Of a stretch of DNA of 64,000 nucleotides, positions 1 to 16,215 are shown in pieces. The position numbers and the translations under genes were made by a program. This stretch comes from the human T2T-CHM13v2.0 reference genome, Homo sapiens, in NCBI RefSeq assembly GCF_009914755.1, contig NC_060935.1. One strand, given 5' to 3'. Numbering within the stretch: the stretch's first letter is position 1; each line of letters starts with the position of its first letter. The notes beneath the pieces were generated by a model, which was not told the origin of the DNA, did no database searches, and saw only the letters and a list, made by a program, of their open reading frames with translations.

Positions 1-67
1 TTTGCCCATGTGTCTACTACTAGTGTTCCTTTCTTTTTCTTGTCGAAGGAGTCTTGTCAGTGTTAAA

Positions 68-368
68 GGCGCAGAGGCTCATACCTGTAATCTCAGCACT
101 TCAGGAGGCCAAGACGGGTGGATCGTTTGAGCTCACGAGTTTGAGACCAGCCTGGGCAGCATGGCAAAACCCTGTCTCTACAAAAAATACAAAAATTAGC
201 TGGGCGTGGTGGTAAGCGCCTATAGTCCCAGCTACTCAGGAGGCAGAGGTGGGAGGATGGCTTGAGCCCGGGTGGTGGAAGTTGCCGTGAGCCGAGATTG
301 CACCACTACACTCCACCCTGGGCAATAGAGCCAGACCTTGTCTCGAAAAAAAAAAAAAAAAAAAAAAA
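68..368 (+). mobile_element. Alu (J-like)
   Basis: Dimer with A tail. Confidence 0.9.
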
Positions 369-1037
369 GAGTTGCAAATCTCTCCTCTCAATCTGTCATC
401 TATCTGTTAAATTTGTCCATTGTGTCCTTCAGTAAGCAGAAATCCTTTTTGATATAATCAAATTTACATATTTACATGTCTATCTCCAAGCTCTCTTCTC
501 AATTCTGTTTCTTCTTGCATCAAGAAAAGCTGCAAACAAATTTAACAGGGTGTCCTTTGTTAATTCCCTAATGAGATATATCTTTTGGTGCTATTCTGAG
601 TGGTGTCTTACTTTTCAAAACAATATTTTCTAGATTATTGATTCTAAGCTATTGCTATTGATATTTTGGTAATTTGATTTTGTATCTAGCATCCTTGCAG
701 AACTCTCTTATTAGTTTTAATTGTTTGTTGATTTTGTTCATTTATCTAGGTAGATGAACATATTCCAAGTAATGAGATTTTTAGAACATATTCTAAGTAA
801 TGAGATTTTTAACTTTTCTTTTTTAATTTTTAATTTTCTTATATCTTTTTCTTTCCTACTAGAGTGGTATTGGTCAGGCCCCCGAATACTGTGTTAAATA
901 GTTGATTCTGATGCTGAAGAGAATGCATATACATTTTCTCATTATATATAGTGTTTGGTTTTGTGTTCAGATGCTCTGCTTACCTCTCTGGGTTTGCACT
1001 TTTCCTTAGATGATTGGCCTAGATTTTCCTTACTATC

Positions 1038-1660
1038 TTCTTTCTTTTTTTTTTTTTCTGAGACAAAGTTTCACTCTGTTGCTCCAGCTGGAGTACAGTG
1101 GCATGATCTTGGTTCACTGCAGCCTCAACCTTCTGGGGTCAAGTGATCCTTCGCTCCTCAACTTCCTGAGTAGCTGGGACTACAGCCACATGCCATCACA
1201 CCTAGCTAATTTCTGTATTTTTTGTAGAGATGGGTTTTCGCCATGTTGGTCTTGAACTCCTGGGCTCAAGCAGTTTGCCCACCTCTGCCTCCCAAAGGCA
1301 TTACAGGTGTGACCTGCCACACCCGGCCCCATTTTCCTTACTATCTTTCTAGCTCTTTGGTGCTTTTTTTTTTTTTTTTTTTTTTTTTTGAGATGGAGTC
1401 TTGCTCTGTCACCCAGGCTGGAGTATAGTGGTGCAATCTCGGCTCATTGCAACCTCCACTTCTCGGGTTGAAGCGATTCTCCTGCCTTGAGTAGCTGGGA
1501 TTACAGGCGCATGCCACCACACCCAGCTAATTTTTGTATTTTTAGTAGAGACGGGGTTTCACCATGTTGGCCAGGCTGGTCTCGAGCTCCTGACCTTGTG
1601 ATCTGCCCACCTCGGCCTCCCAAAGTGCTGGGATTACAGGCATGAGCCACCACGCCCGGC
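1038..1660 (-). mobile_element. Two adjacent Alus
   Basis: About 1038-1328 and 1364-1660. Confidence 0.9.
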
Positions 1661-2135
1661 TGCTTTTTGGTGCTTTTAAGGTTATCTTTTCCTTACTATC
1701 TTTCTAGCTCCTTGGTGCTTTTAAGGTTATTTAAAAATATACCTTTTTTTGGGATGATTTTCGGTGTAATTTTGTTATTTTAATGGAAATAGAAATCCTT
1801 TTTCTAATCAATTTCCAGAAATTCTTTATAAATTCTGAATACAAATCCTTGTAAATTCTGTCTTTTACTCTTTTCACCTTATATATAGTAAAACAGATGA
1901 CCCAAATTAAAACACTTTAAAGTAGAAAAATTTATCAATTTTTTTTTTTGCTACCACTTTTTATGTCTTAAATTCTCCTCCCTTCAGCAGGAATTCATTT
2001 GTGTTTAAGGTTGGAATATGGATTGCATTTTATTTCTTTCCTATGTGGGTAAATACACATCCTGGTACTACTTATTGAATAGCCCGTGTTTTAGCTAGTG
2101 ATCTGCAGTGCCTCCTCTGTCACTTCCCAAGTTCC

Positions 2136-2447
<312 letters not shown>

Positions 2448-2733
2448 TCAAGTTTCTTCTATGTGTGGGTCTGTTTTTGGGTTTGATCTTCTCCACTGGC
2501 CTATTTTGTTTTTCCTGCACCATCATCTACTGTCTTAATCACTACAGTGATAAAGTAAGAGTTTATAATATGTACTAACTTCTGGTAGGGCAATTTTTTC
2601 TTCCTTGTTCTTTCTAAAAAGAGCATCTTAGTTCCACTTGGCCCTTAGCACTTTTATGTAAATTTTAGAATTTGCTTAGCCAGTTTCTTGAGTATGGCCA
2701 ATGGGATTTTGATCAGAATTGCATTGAATTTAT

Positions 2734-3034
<301 letters not shown>

Positions 3035-3035
3035 T

Positions 3036-4215
<1,180 letters not shown>

Positions 4216-4725
4216 TTATTCACTGTTATTTGAAATTCAAAAATATTAAATTCATCAGCATAGACTTGTTCATAGATTTTTTGCACCTTTTTAATGACTC
4301 TAAGTCTTTAGTTCTGTTTTTTTATTCATAATATTTGCTTATGTCCTCTATCCTTCATTTTTTGATTATTGTTACCCAAGATTTGTCCATTTCATTGATA
4401 TTATTAAAGACCAACTTTTTGTTTTGTTGAGCTTCTATATTATATCTTAGTTTTCTATTTAATTTATTTATGGTATTATTGTTATTGTTGATGTTGTTGT
4501 TTTACAACTAAGGTAACTGAGCATTTGGACCAAAAACTTTGGCTCCAGAGCCAGATTCTTAACCATTGCATCTTTTTTTTGGTCTTAAAGTTTATTTGGA
4601 CTACTATTAGTGTGGCTAATCAGCTTTCTTCTGGTTAATATTTGTCTGCTATATCTTTTTCCATCTCTCTACATTTAACATTTATATATACAAAACTTTA
4701 GATGAGTTTCTTGTAAATAGCATGA

Positions 4726-5040
<315 letters not shown>

Positions 5041-5312
5041 GCATGAACTAGATTTAAAAAAAATGTTACCTGGAGTATCTTTGCCGTTGAATTGGTAAAT
5101 TTAATTCATTTACATTTATTGCGGTGACTGAGATGTTTGGAGTTATTGATACCATCTTACCTTTTGTCTTTTATTTACCTTGATTTTCATGTTTTTGTCC
5201 TCTTTTCTTGCCTTAAAAAATAGTTGATTGACCTTTGTGCCCTTTCCAACTTGAAATCTGCTCTAGGGCCTGATTGTCCTATCCCAGGATCCCTCCCCAA
5301 AACCTCACTCAC

Positions 5313-5420
5313 TATATTATTATAGGCATAGTTCTCTTGCATAGATGAAGATGCAGTTCGTAGATCCAGTAGCATAGTCTTTTCTTAACATGACCGTTGT
5401 AATGCAGAGGAATAACTGAT
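5313..5420 (-). pseudogene. OAT1-like pseudogene exon 8 (108 nt)
   Basis: QLFLCITTVMLRKDYATGSTNCIFIYAREL vs OAT1 [30 protein letters not shown]; acceptor CAG>CAT; 1-nt deletion; donor GTGAGT intact. Confidence 0.82.
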
Positions 5421-5572
5421 ATGGAAGGGAACAAAGATGATGGCAAGGTGCTAGGAAAAGTTTGAAGGAATCTTGGGTCTTTTCCACCCTTCTAGGTAGC
5501 TGGCCTGGGGCAGATTTGGGTCTGGGTCTGGGAAAGAATTAGGACAGGAGCAGAGGTGCGGCAGATGCTTAC

Positions 5573-5787
5573 TCAGGAGCACCATTGCACAAGCCAGAAT
5601 ATAGATCTCTGAAAGCAGCAAGGAGGCCATTTGGGTAGGCCTGCGGCCCAGAAATCTGGTGACCAAAAAGCCCAGCAAATAAAATAGTGGATTCACAGTT
5701 GCAAAGAATACTTGGATCAGGTAGATATTGATTTCCAAACTTTGCAGACTTATGACTGAACTGTAGGAGCTGAAGACGATTACAGAC
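5573..5787 (-). pseudogene. OAT1-like pseudogene exon 7 (215 nt, still open)
   Basis: SVIVFSSYSSVISLQSLEINIYLIQVFF...LGRRPTQMASLLL...; 32/71 aa identical to OAT1; CAG and GTAAG intact. Confidence 0.92.
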
Positions 5788-5979
5788 CTGGGGCAGGAGC
5801 TGAAGACTATTACAGACCTGGGGCAGGAGCAGAGAGGATGTACTCTGGGTAGGAGCCATGACACATCTACATAGCAATTGCAGCTGGCAAACTACTCTCA
5901 CATCTCTTCTCTCCTTTAGACCTTACATTAGCCCTGTGCTGTGTGTGAGTGGAGTTTTTAATCTTTCAATTGCAGATAA

Positions 5980-6629
<650 letters not shown>

Positions 6630-8170
6630 TTATCTGGGAAAAAATAATATTTTTTGCTTAGCAATAGGTCTCCCTTTTCCCCTCCTAATTCCCCGACCTA
6701 AGAGATCAGCTTTTGGTGGATGCTTGCATTTATAAGTTGATTGTACTGGGAAGTTTTGTGTGTGTATGTGTGTGTGTGCGTGTGTCTGTCCCTCCCCACT
6801 GGATAGCTCAAGTAACAACTGATCTGATGAACTGATAAATTCTAAGAAGTAAAGATTTATTTAACGGCAGGAGTTTTGCTTTGCTGAGTGACGAATACAA
6901 GTTTACAGCTAGACATGAATTTTTAGGACAGTGGAGGAGACCTCAGAGATTAAATGGGAGAAGAGTCAGGAGAGGGAGGAAGCATGTACAGCTGTTAGCC
7001 AAGGAAGGATTTGAAGGAGGACAGAAATGCCTATTAAGTTTTTTATGCTGTGTGGTATGTGATATAAGCATCTCCTTTATCTCCCCATGGAGTCTTGGAA
7101 AAATCGACAATGTTTAGTGACACTTTGTGGGGAAGCTTTGCTCTGAGATGTGATGTGTTCTGTGTCCTGCCTCAGCCCTGGTGAAGGGCACAGTGAGAAG
7201 CTGTCCACAAGAAGACAATCATTTATGCGCCACACTATAATTAAGAATTAAACAGAACACTATTGGCACCAGAATAGACAGACAAATCAATGGGATGAAA
7301 TAGTCCAGAAATAGTATGTGATAAGCGTGGTGTTTCACACCAGCCAGGAAAGGTGGGACTATTCATTAAGTTCATTTGGGACAATTTACCTTAGTTGTAA
7401 AACAACAACAACAATATCAACAATAACGATAATACCATAAATAAATTAAATGGAAAACTAAGATACAATATAGAAGCTCAACAAAACAAAAAGTTAGTCT
7501 TTAATAATATCAATGAAATGGACAAATCTTCGGTAACAATAATCAAAAAATGAAGGATAGAGGACATAAGCAAATATTATGAATAAAAAAGAAACAGAAC
7601 TAAAGACGCAGAGTCATTAAAAAGATGCAGAAAAAATCTATGAACAAGTCTATGCTGATGAATTTAATATTTTTGAATTTCAAATAACAGTGAACACTTT
7701 ATTTTGTAACAGCCTTATTTATATGTAATTCACATACCATACAAGCCATCCATTTCGAGTATACAATCGAATGATATTTGGTATACTCATAGATATGTAC
7801 AACCATCACCATGGTAATTTTAGAACACTTTCATCCCCTCAAACAGAAAATCGGTATCCTTTAGCTTTCAATCCCCAAACATTCATCTCTATCCCCTACC
7901 CAATCCCAAGCAACCACTAATCCATTTTTTTTTTTGATATGGAGTTTCACTCTTTTTGCCCAGGCTGGAGAAAAAATAGAATTCTACTATAATTCTAATA
8001 GAATTTCTAATAGAAAAAAATAGAATTCTACTTCCTACCCTATGTTAAACTAAATTTCAGATGAAACTATGATACAACATGAAAGCTCAAACAAATACAT
8101 TTGTGCTTGAAGAAAATCTAGGCGAATAGTTTTATACTTACGGGGAGAGGAAGGCCTTTCTAAATGTAAC

Positions 8171-8284
8171 CCAAAACACAGAGGAAGAGGAAGAGGCAGC
8201 AAACAGCAGGGTAGCGTACAACTGCAGCACTGAGTGATGGGCTTGGCCTGTGGTCATGGCCTTCTGCAGATTGGCTTGGAGCAC
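8171..8284 (-). pseudogene. OAT1-like pseudogene exon 6
   Basis: CAG|VLQANLQKAMTTGQAHHSVLQL(-1 frameshift)RYPAVCCLFLFL; 3' boundary uncertain (8171-8180), abuts L1-like sequence. Confidence 0.85.
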
Positions 8285-8436
8285 CTGCCTGGGTAGATGG
8301 AGCTCAGGGCCTGGGTTTCCCCAGGGGCCCTTTACCTCAGTCCCTGCCCTGGGAAGCATGATGTGCTGGATTCTAGGGTGAAGGTGGGGGCAGGCAGAGC
8401 CCTGGAGGGGTGTCACACAGGTCTCGGGGTTCTCAC

Positions 8437-8560
8437 CTCCATACTCAGCTTGGTGTCTACTTCCTGCTTTTTACTGATCTGGGCCACTGTCTGTGGGGCC
8501 GTCAGGGGGAGGTCCAGCCTTCCACCGAGGGAGTGCTAGCGGGCAGATTGGATGACAAAC
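8437..8560 (-). pseudogene. OAT1-like pseudogene exon 5 (124 nt)
   Basis: FVIQSAR*HSLGGRLDL...KLSME; hand alignment gives 93/124 nt identity to SLC22A6 exon 5; TAG at 8538-8536; CAG and GTGAG intact. Confidence 0.93.
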
Positions 8561-8593
8561 CTGTGGATGGGGATGGCAGCAGGGCAGGCATGA

Positions 8594-9011
<418 letters not shown>

Positions 9012-9677
9012 AGGAGTCCTGGGTTCTAATCCAAGGATTGCCACTGTCTTCTTGGGAGACCTCAGGCAGGCTTGGCCAGGCATGATGGGCACCCACACAA
9101 GGCCTGGGGAAAATAATCTGTCTCTCCTGGTGGGGAGGAGGATCTTACATTGGGATTAGCACATAAGGAGTGGCTTCCTCCCCTGCTTCACAATCTTTCT
9201 CATTATTTCCTGGTGAGAATTATTCAAGTTACTATTTTCTTTCTTTTCTTTTCTTTCCTTTCTTTTCTTTTTTTTTTCCAGGGTCTGACTCTGTTGCCCA
9301 GGCTAGAGTGCAGTGGTGTGATCTCAGCTCACCGTAACCTCTGCCTCCCAGGCTCAAGTGATCCTCCACTTCAACCTCCTGAGTAGCTGGGACCACAGCT
9401 CACTTACAACTGGATTATTTAAGTGATCCACCCACCTTGGCCTCCCAAAGTGTTAGGATTATAGGCATGAGCCACTGAGCCTGGCCAAGTTATTTTACAG
9501 TATGGAAAAGATGGCTTTTGGGCTGCCTGCTCAGTGTATTCTCCTATTCTGAGCACTAACCCCTCATCCTCCTCGGGCCTCCTGAAGTCTTATTTTACCT
9601 CCTGAGCCTGTCTCTTCCCAACACAACTGAGGACACCTGACCCCAGGGCTAGACTGAGCTAACGAGAGTCTATATTA

Positions 9678-10121
<444 letters not shown>

Positions 10122-10381
10122 TCATGGTGAGAGGGGAGGGTAAAATGAAGTAATCCAGTTAGAGAGAAGTCAGGACCAGGATTCAGTCAGTGCCAGAGGG
10201 TAGATGGAGAGTCAAGTTGAGTGGTCTTAGTCCTTCACAAGGCTGGGCTCAAATTCCTGACCCCGTGTTCTGTGAAATACTCTTGCATCCTTCCATTAAC
10301 TTTTCATTTTTGCATAAGCATATTTGAGAGTTATGGTTATCTGTAACCCTGAATAAACAACAATTGGCACTAAACCAATAA

Positions 10382-10693
<312 letters not shown>

Positions 10694-10914
10694 TCTGTTG
10701 TTCTTTCTTAAAGTAGATTTTATTTTTTAGAGCAGTTTCAGGTTCACAGCAAAATTGGGTGGAAGTTACAGAGATTTCTAATATATTCCCTGTCCCTACA
10801 TACACACACTCCTCCATTATCAACACCCCTACCAGAGTGGTATTTGTTACAACTGATGAATACATTGAACTCTAAGTCCAGAGTTTACATTAGGGTTCAC
10901 TCCTGGTGTTGTAC

Positions 10915-10916
<2 letters not shown>

Positions 10917-10954
<38 letters not shown>

Positions 10955-10990
10955 TACATACATATATGTATGTATGTATATATATATATG

Positions 10991-11022
<32 letters not shown>

Positions 11023-11080
11023 TGTGTATATATGTATGTATATATATGTGTATATATATATGTATGTATATATATGTGTG

Positions 11081-11175
<95 letters not shown>
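10917..11175. repeat. Imperfect (TA)n/(TATG)n microsatellite, about 260 bp
   Basis: Direct reading. Confidence 0.98.
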
Positions 11176-11548
11176 CTCAAGCAATTCTCCTGCTTCAGCC
11201 TCCCGGGCAGCTGGGACTACAGGTGCGTGCCACCACTCCCGGCTAATTTTTGTATTTTTAGTAGAGATGGGATTTCACCTTGTTGACCAGGCTGGTCTCG
11301 AACTCCTGACCTCGTGATCCACCCGCTTTGGCCTTCCAAAGCGCTGGGATTACAGGCGTGAGCCACTGCACCCCGCCCATTCTACATGTTTTGACAAATG
11401 AATAATGACATGTATCCACCATCACAGTATCATACAGTAGTTTCACTGCCCTACAAAATCCTCTGTGTTCTATTTGTCTCTTTGTCCCCTCTGAACTCTG
11501 GTGATCACTGACCCTTTTACTGTCTCCATAGTTTTGCCTTTTTCAGTT

Positions 11549-11840
11549 GGGCCTGGTGTAGGGGCTCACATTTGTAATCCTAGCACTTTGGGAGGCTGAG
11601 GTGGGAGGATGGCTTGACTCCAAGAGTTTGAGACCAGCCTGGGCAGCATAGTGAGATCGCATCTCTACAAAAAGTGAAAAAAAAATTAGCCAGGTGTGGT
11701 GGTGCATGCTTGTAGTGCTAGCTACTTGGGAAGCTGAGGCAGGAGGATCATTTGAGCCTGGGAGTTTGAGGTTACGGTGAGCTATTATCGTCCTACTGCA
11801 TGCCAGCCTAGGGGAGAGAGTGAGACCCTGTCTCAAAACA
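11549..11840 (+). mobile_element. AluJ
   Basis: Dimer. Confidence 0.88.
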
Positions 11841-11987
11841 AACAACTCCTGCCCCCCTGAAAACAACAAAAAAGCAAAATGTCATATACTTGGACCCATG
11901 CAGGCTATAGCCTTTTCAGATTGGCTTTTTTCACTTGGTGATGTACATTTAAGTTTCCCTCAAGATTTTTCATGGCTTGATAGCTCA

Positions 11988-12311
11988 TTTCTTTTTTTTT
12001 TCTTTTCTTTTCTTTCCTTTTTTTTTTTTTTAGACGGAGTTTTGCTTTTGTTGCCCAGGCTGGAGTAAAATGGCGTGATCTTGACACACCGCAACCTTCA
12101 CCTCCCGGGTTCAAGCGATTCTCCTGCCTCAGCTTCCTGAGTAGCTGGGATTACAGGCATGCACCACTACACCTGGCTAATTTTGTACTTTTAGTAGAGA
12201 CAGGGTTTCTCCAAGTTGGTCAGGCTGGTCTTGAACTCCCGACCTCAGGTGATCTGCCCACCTAGGCCTCCCAAAGTGCTGGGATTACAGGTGTGAGCCA
12301 CCACACCCGGC
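11988..12311 (-). mobile_element. AluSp-like
   Basis: Dimer. Confidence 0.88.
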
Positions 12312-12855
12312 CCCCATTTCTTTTTATTGATGAATAATTTTGTTGTTCTTTTAAATTAAGATAAGAAAAAATTCTTGATTTGAAAGTACTTCCTTTGTAA
12401 CTGGAGTAAAACAGCTCCATACCCTGTAGAAAATCCATAGTGCTGAAGGAGGTACCATTAAAATTAAGTTAAAATGACAAATAGTTGTGGCATTTTCTTT
12501 AAAATTAAGAACTCATTTTTGTATTAAATATATGGATTTTTGAATGGATTTTTAAACTGTCATTTCTTTTGTTAACAGAAAAAAGGAAAAGGGACTGGAA
12601 TGACCAGAATGATTAGGGCATGGCTCTAAAATGTGTTAATATATATCCAAATGAATTCATCCTTCAAGCATAGTTACTTGATAATGTTGATTTTGTCGGC
12701 AAGAAATCCTTATTTGTGAATGTAATTATTACTGTGGTATTTTTAGTATCTTGTGGATGCAAATATCACATGATGTAAAATTTGAGATACTGGCATTTGA
12801 ACACCTTCTCCAAACAGGAATGGCCTTTTTCCCTACTTTATTCTCATAACTGCTA

Positions 12856-13173
<318 letters not shown>

Positions 13174-14350
13174 TAATATCAAAGAAAACTGGGAGTTGAT
13201 TTGACAGCACTTTAATAGAAATACATGAATGGAGTATGGCTGTGGAGATGCCTGTGGGACACGTCATGGTGAGTGGGATGAGGACAGCCTGGACAGGAAC
13301 TGAGGAATGAGAAGATAAGAAGCAAGAGAATGTAGGAAAGAGGCAAGAAGTCAGAGGAGTGCAAAGAAAAATCTATATGCAGTTTAACAATGAAATTCTA
13401 CATGTAGTCCAGATTAACAATTGACTGATGCATAAAAATTACTTAGCAAGAATCTCTCAACCTCTGGTTTGCTCTAAGGTGCTTCTCATCTGCAAAAGCA
13501 ATAGTTGCATGGGGGCTTGTACCACCTTCGGGTTATTATGGTTTTCACCATTTGAGTTCTCTTCATGTACACCTGAAACCCCTGAGGATCTCATATTTCT
13601 GTGTATTCCTGGGCCTCAAGTATAGAGAATTACTTTATCGCTAACAGGAACCAAAACCTAAGAAGAGACAGTGGTGGATTTGAGGGAGACTGAGAATTAC
13701 TGCCCAGGGCAGCCCTGCACTGCTAACTTGATAAAGGCGGTGATCAGTGACAGATGCTATGAGACTGGCCTCAGAGGAAAGAAAAGGAGGAAAAGAGAAA
13801 ACAAATGACAGTGGAACCAGGAAGCAGAGAGGTGAAATGGTGCTTGTTATCCATCTGCAATGCGGGAGTGAACAGGAGACTTAGGCTGGGTCATTCATAA
13901 TAACTCACGCCCCCTGCCCTACAGTCATTGGACTAATGTGTAGGCACATGACTCAGGCCAGCCAATCAGTGTTTCAAAGTTGGAGGTGGGAGATATTTCA
14001 AAGTTGGAGGTGGGAGATAGAAACGTTTATTTTCTCTCTCTGGTTTCGAGGTTACTAGGGGTGAGCCCAGAATGGTAAGTGGCCACTGTGTGAAGGATCC
14101 CGTGCACAACAGACATGCCCAGCATGGAAAGACAAGCAAAGATGAGAGCACACAAGAATTCTGATGACATGACCCTGGTTCCCAGTGTCCCTAGAGCCAG
14201 CTTCACCTCTATCATCCATCTTTGCTTTGGTAATGGGAGCCTTTACACAACCCCTTTATGCTCAAGTTAGCTAGAATTGAATTACAGCCACTTGCAAACA
14301 AGAGTCCTAATGAATATAGGTTCAGATAGATGTCGCTAGTTATTGCCCAG

Positions 14351-14754
14351 TGTATTAGTCTGTTCTCACACTGCTAATAAAGACATACTTGAGACTGGGT
14401 AATTTATAAAGAAAAAGAGGTTTAATGGACTCACAGCTTCACATGGCTGGGGAGGCCTCACAATCATGGTGGAAGGTGAAGAAGGAGCAAAGCCATATCT
14501 TACGTGGTAGCAGGCAGCCTGGGCAACATAGTGAGACCCTATCTCTATTTAAAAAAAATTTAATTAGCTTGTGCAGGGGAACTCCCATTTATAAAACCAT
14601 CAGATCTCGTGAGACTTATTCACTACCATAAGAAAAAGTATGGGGGGGGAACTGCCCCATGATTCAATTATCTCCACCTGGCCCTGCCCTTGCCACATGG
14701 GGATTATTACAATTCAAGGTGAGATTTAAGTGGGGACACAGCCAAACCATATCA
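14351..14754 (-). mobile_element. THE1/MST-type MaLR solo LTR
   Basis: TGTATTAGTCTGTTCTCACACTGCTAATAAAGACATAC...GCCAAACCATATCA. Confidence 0.9.
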
Positions 14755-14882
14755 CCCAGGGTATTTAATTCAAAATAAAATAACAGGAGGGGTCAGGCAG
14801 GGTTTTGTTGTTGCTGCTGTTGTTGTTTTGAGATAGGATATCTCTGTCACCCAGGTTGGAATGCAGTGGCACGATCATAGCT

Positions 14883-15437
14883 TGTTACTGTAGGTAGCTA
14901 GCCAGGCATGAGTGGGGCAGGAGAGGGGTCCCCCCACCCTACCAGCAGTGTCAGGCGACCATCAGGTGATGATCAGGCAGTTGTCACACTGCCTCTCTAA
15001 AGTAATAATTGGTTGCAGTTATCGCCAGGGAAAGGCAGTTTCACAAAAGATTAAAAACACCTGTAACTGGTGATTGGCAGCTTCTCAACAAGATCTCAGG
15101 AGTTGGGCGAGTGAGTTCAAGCGTGCGCATTAAGAGGCAAAATGGCGGAGTTTAACTGGTATATAAACTTCTGGGGGCATTCCACTGGAAAAGGGATGCA
15201 AGACGCCAGAAGTAGGCCAGCATATAAGACCCCAAGTCCCATGTCAAAGGGGACACTTGACCTCCAAGGTGTCTGCTTGGTCCTCTTCCAAGTGTGTTTT
15301 ATTTTCTTTTCATTCCTACTCTAAGGCTTTAAAAAAAACTTTCACTCCTGCTCTAAAACTTGCCTCGGTCTCTTCTGCCTTGTGTCCCTCAGTCGAATTC
15401 TTCTGAGGAGGCAAGAACTGACGTTGCTGTAGTAACA
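14883..15437 (+). mobile_element. ERV1 solo LTR (MER50-like) inserted in an AluJ
   Basis: TGTTACT...AGTAACA termini, 4-bp TSD AGCT, MER50-like TGTCAGGCGACCATCAGGTGAT. Confidence 0.8.
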
Positions 15438-15817
15438 AGCTCACTGCAGCCCTGAACTTCTGGGTTCAAGCAATCCTCCTACTTCAGCCTCTCTAGTAAC
15501 TAGGACTACAGGCATGAACCACCACTCTCAGCTAATTAATTTTTTTTTTTTTAATAGAGATAGAGTCTCACTATGTTGCTCAGGCTGGTCTCAAACTCCT
15601 GGGCTCAAGCGATCCTCCCACCTCAACCTCCCGGAGTGCTGGGATTATGTAAGTAAGCCATTACACCTGGCTAGCCTTTTTATTAAAACCCATGACCTGC
15701 ATGTATATTTATTAATTTTTTGCTTTGCATTCAGAGTGCTGAAGTATCCCTTTGGGAGACTGGGTTCTTCAGGAGTTCCTCCTGAGGGGCATCCTGGGGC
15801 TTGTCTTTCTCTGGTGA

Positions 15818-16215
<398 letters not shown>

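Larger units (their letters stand above)
10705..12335 (-). mobile_element. L1MC-type 3' fragment with nested Alus and TA repeat
   Basis: TTTTTTAGAGCAGTTTCAGGTTCACAGCAAAATTG...; flanked by TGTTGTTCTTT direct repeats. Confidence 0.75.

Noticed and set aside
756-811. 28-bp tandem duplication with one mismatch
   Set aside because: Ordinary slippage duplication within old L1-like sequence; no further significance seen
5765-5830. 30-36 bp direct repeats (also at 51652) as CRISPR-like arrays
   Set aside because: Only two abutting copies, no spacers, human genomic context
9075-9110. ATGGGCACCCACACAAGGCC resembling SLC22A6 exon 4
   Set aside because: Similarity too short and does not extend; cannot be called an exon remnant
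10844-11317. YI-repeat ORFs on both strands
   Set aside because: Artefact of the TA microsatellite
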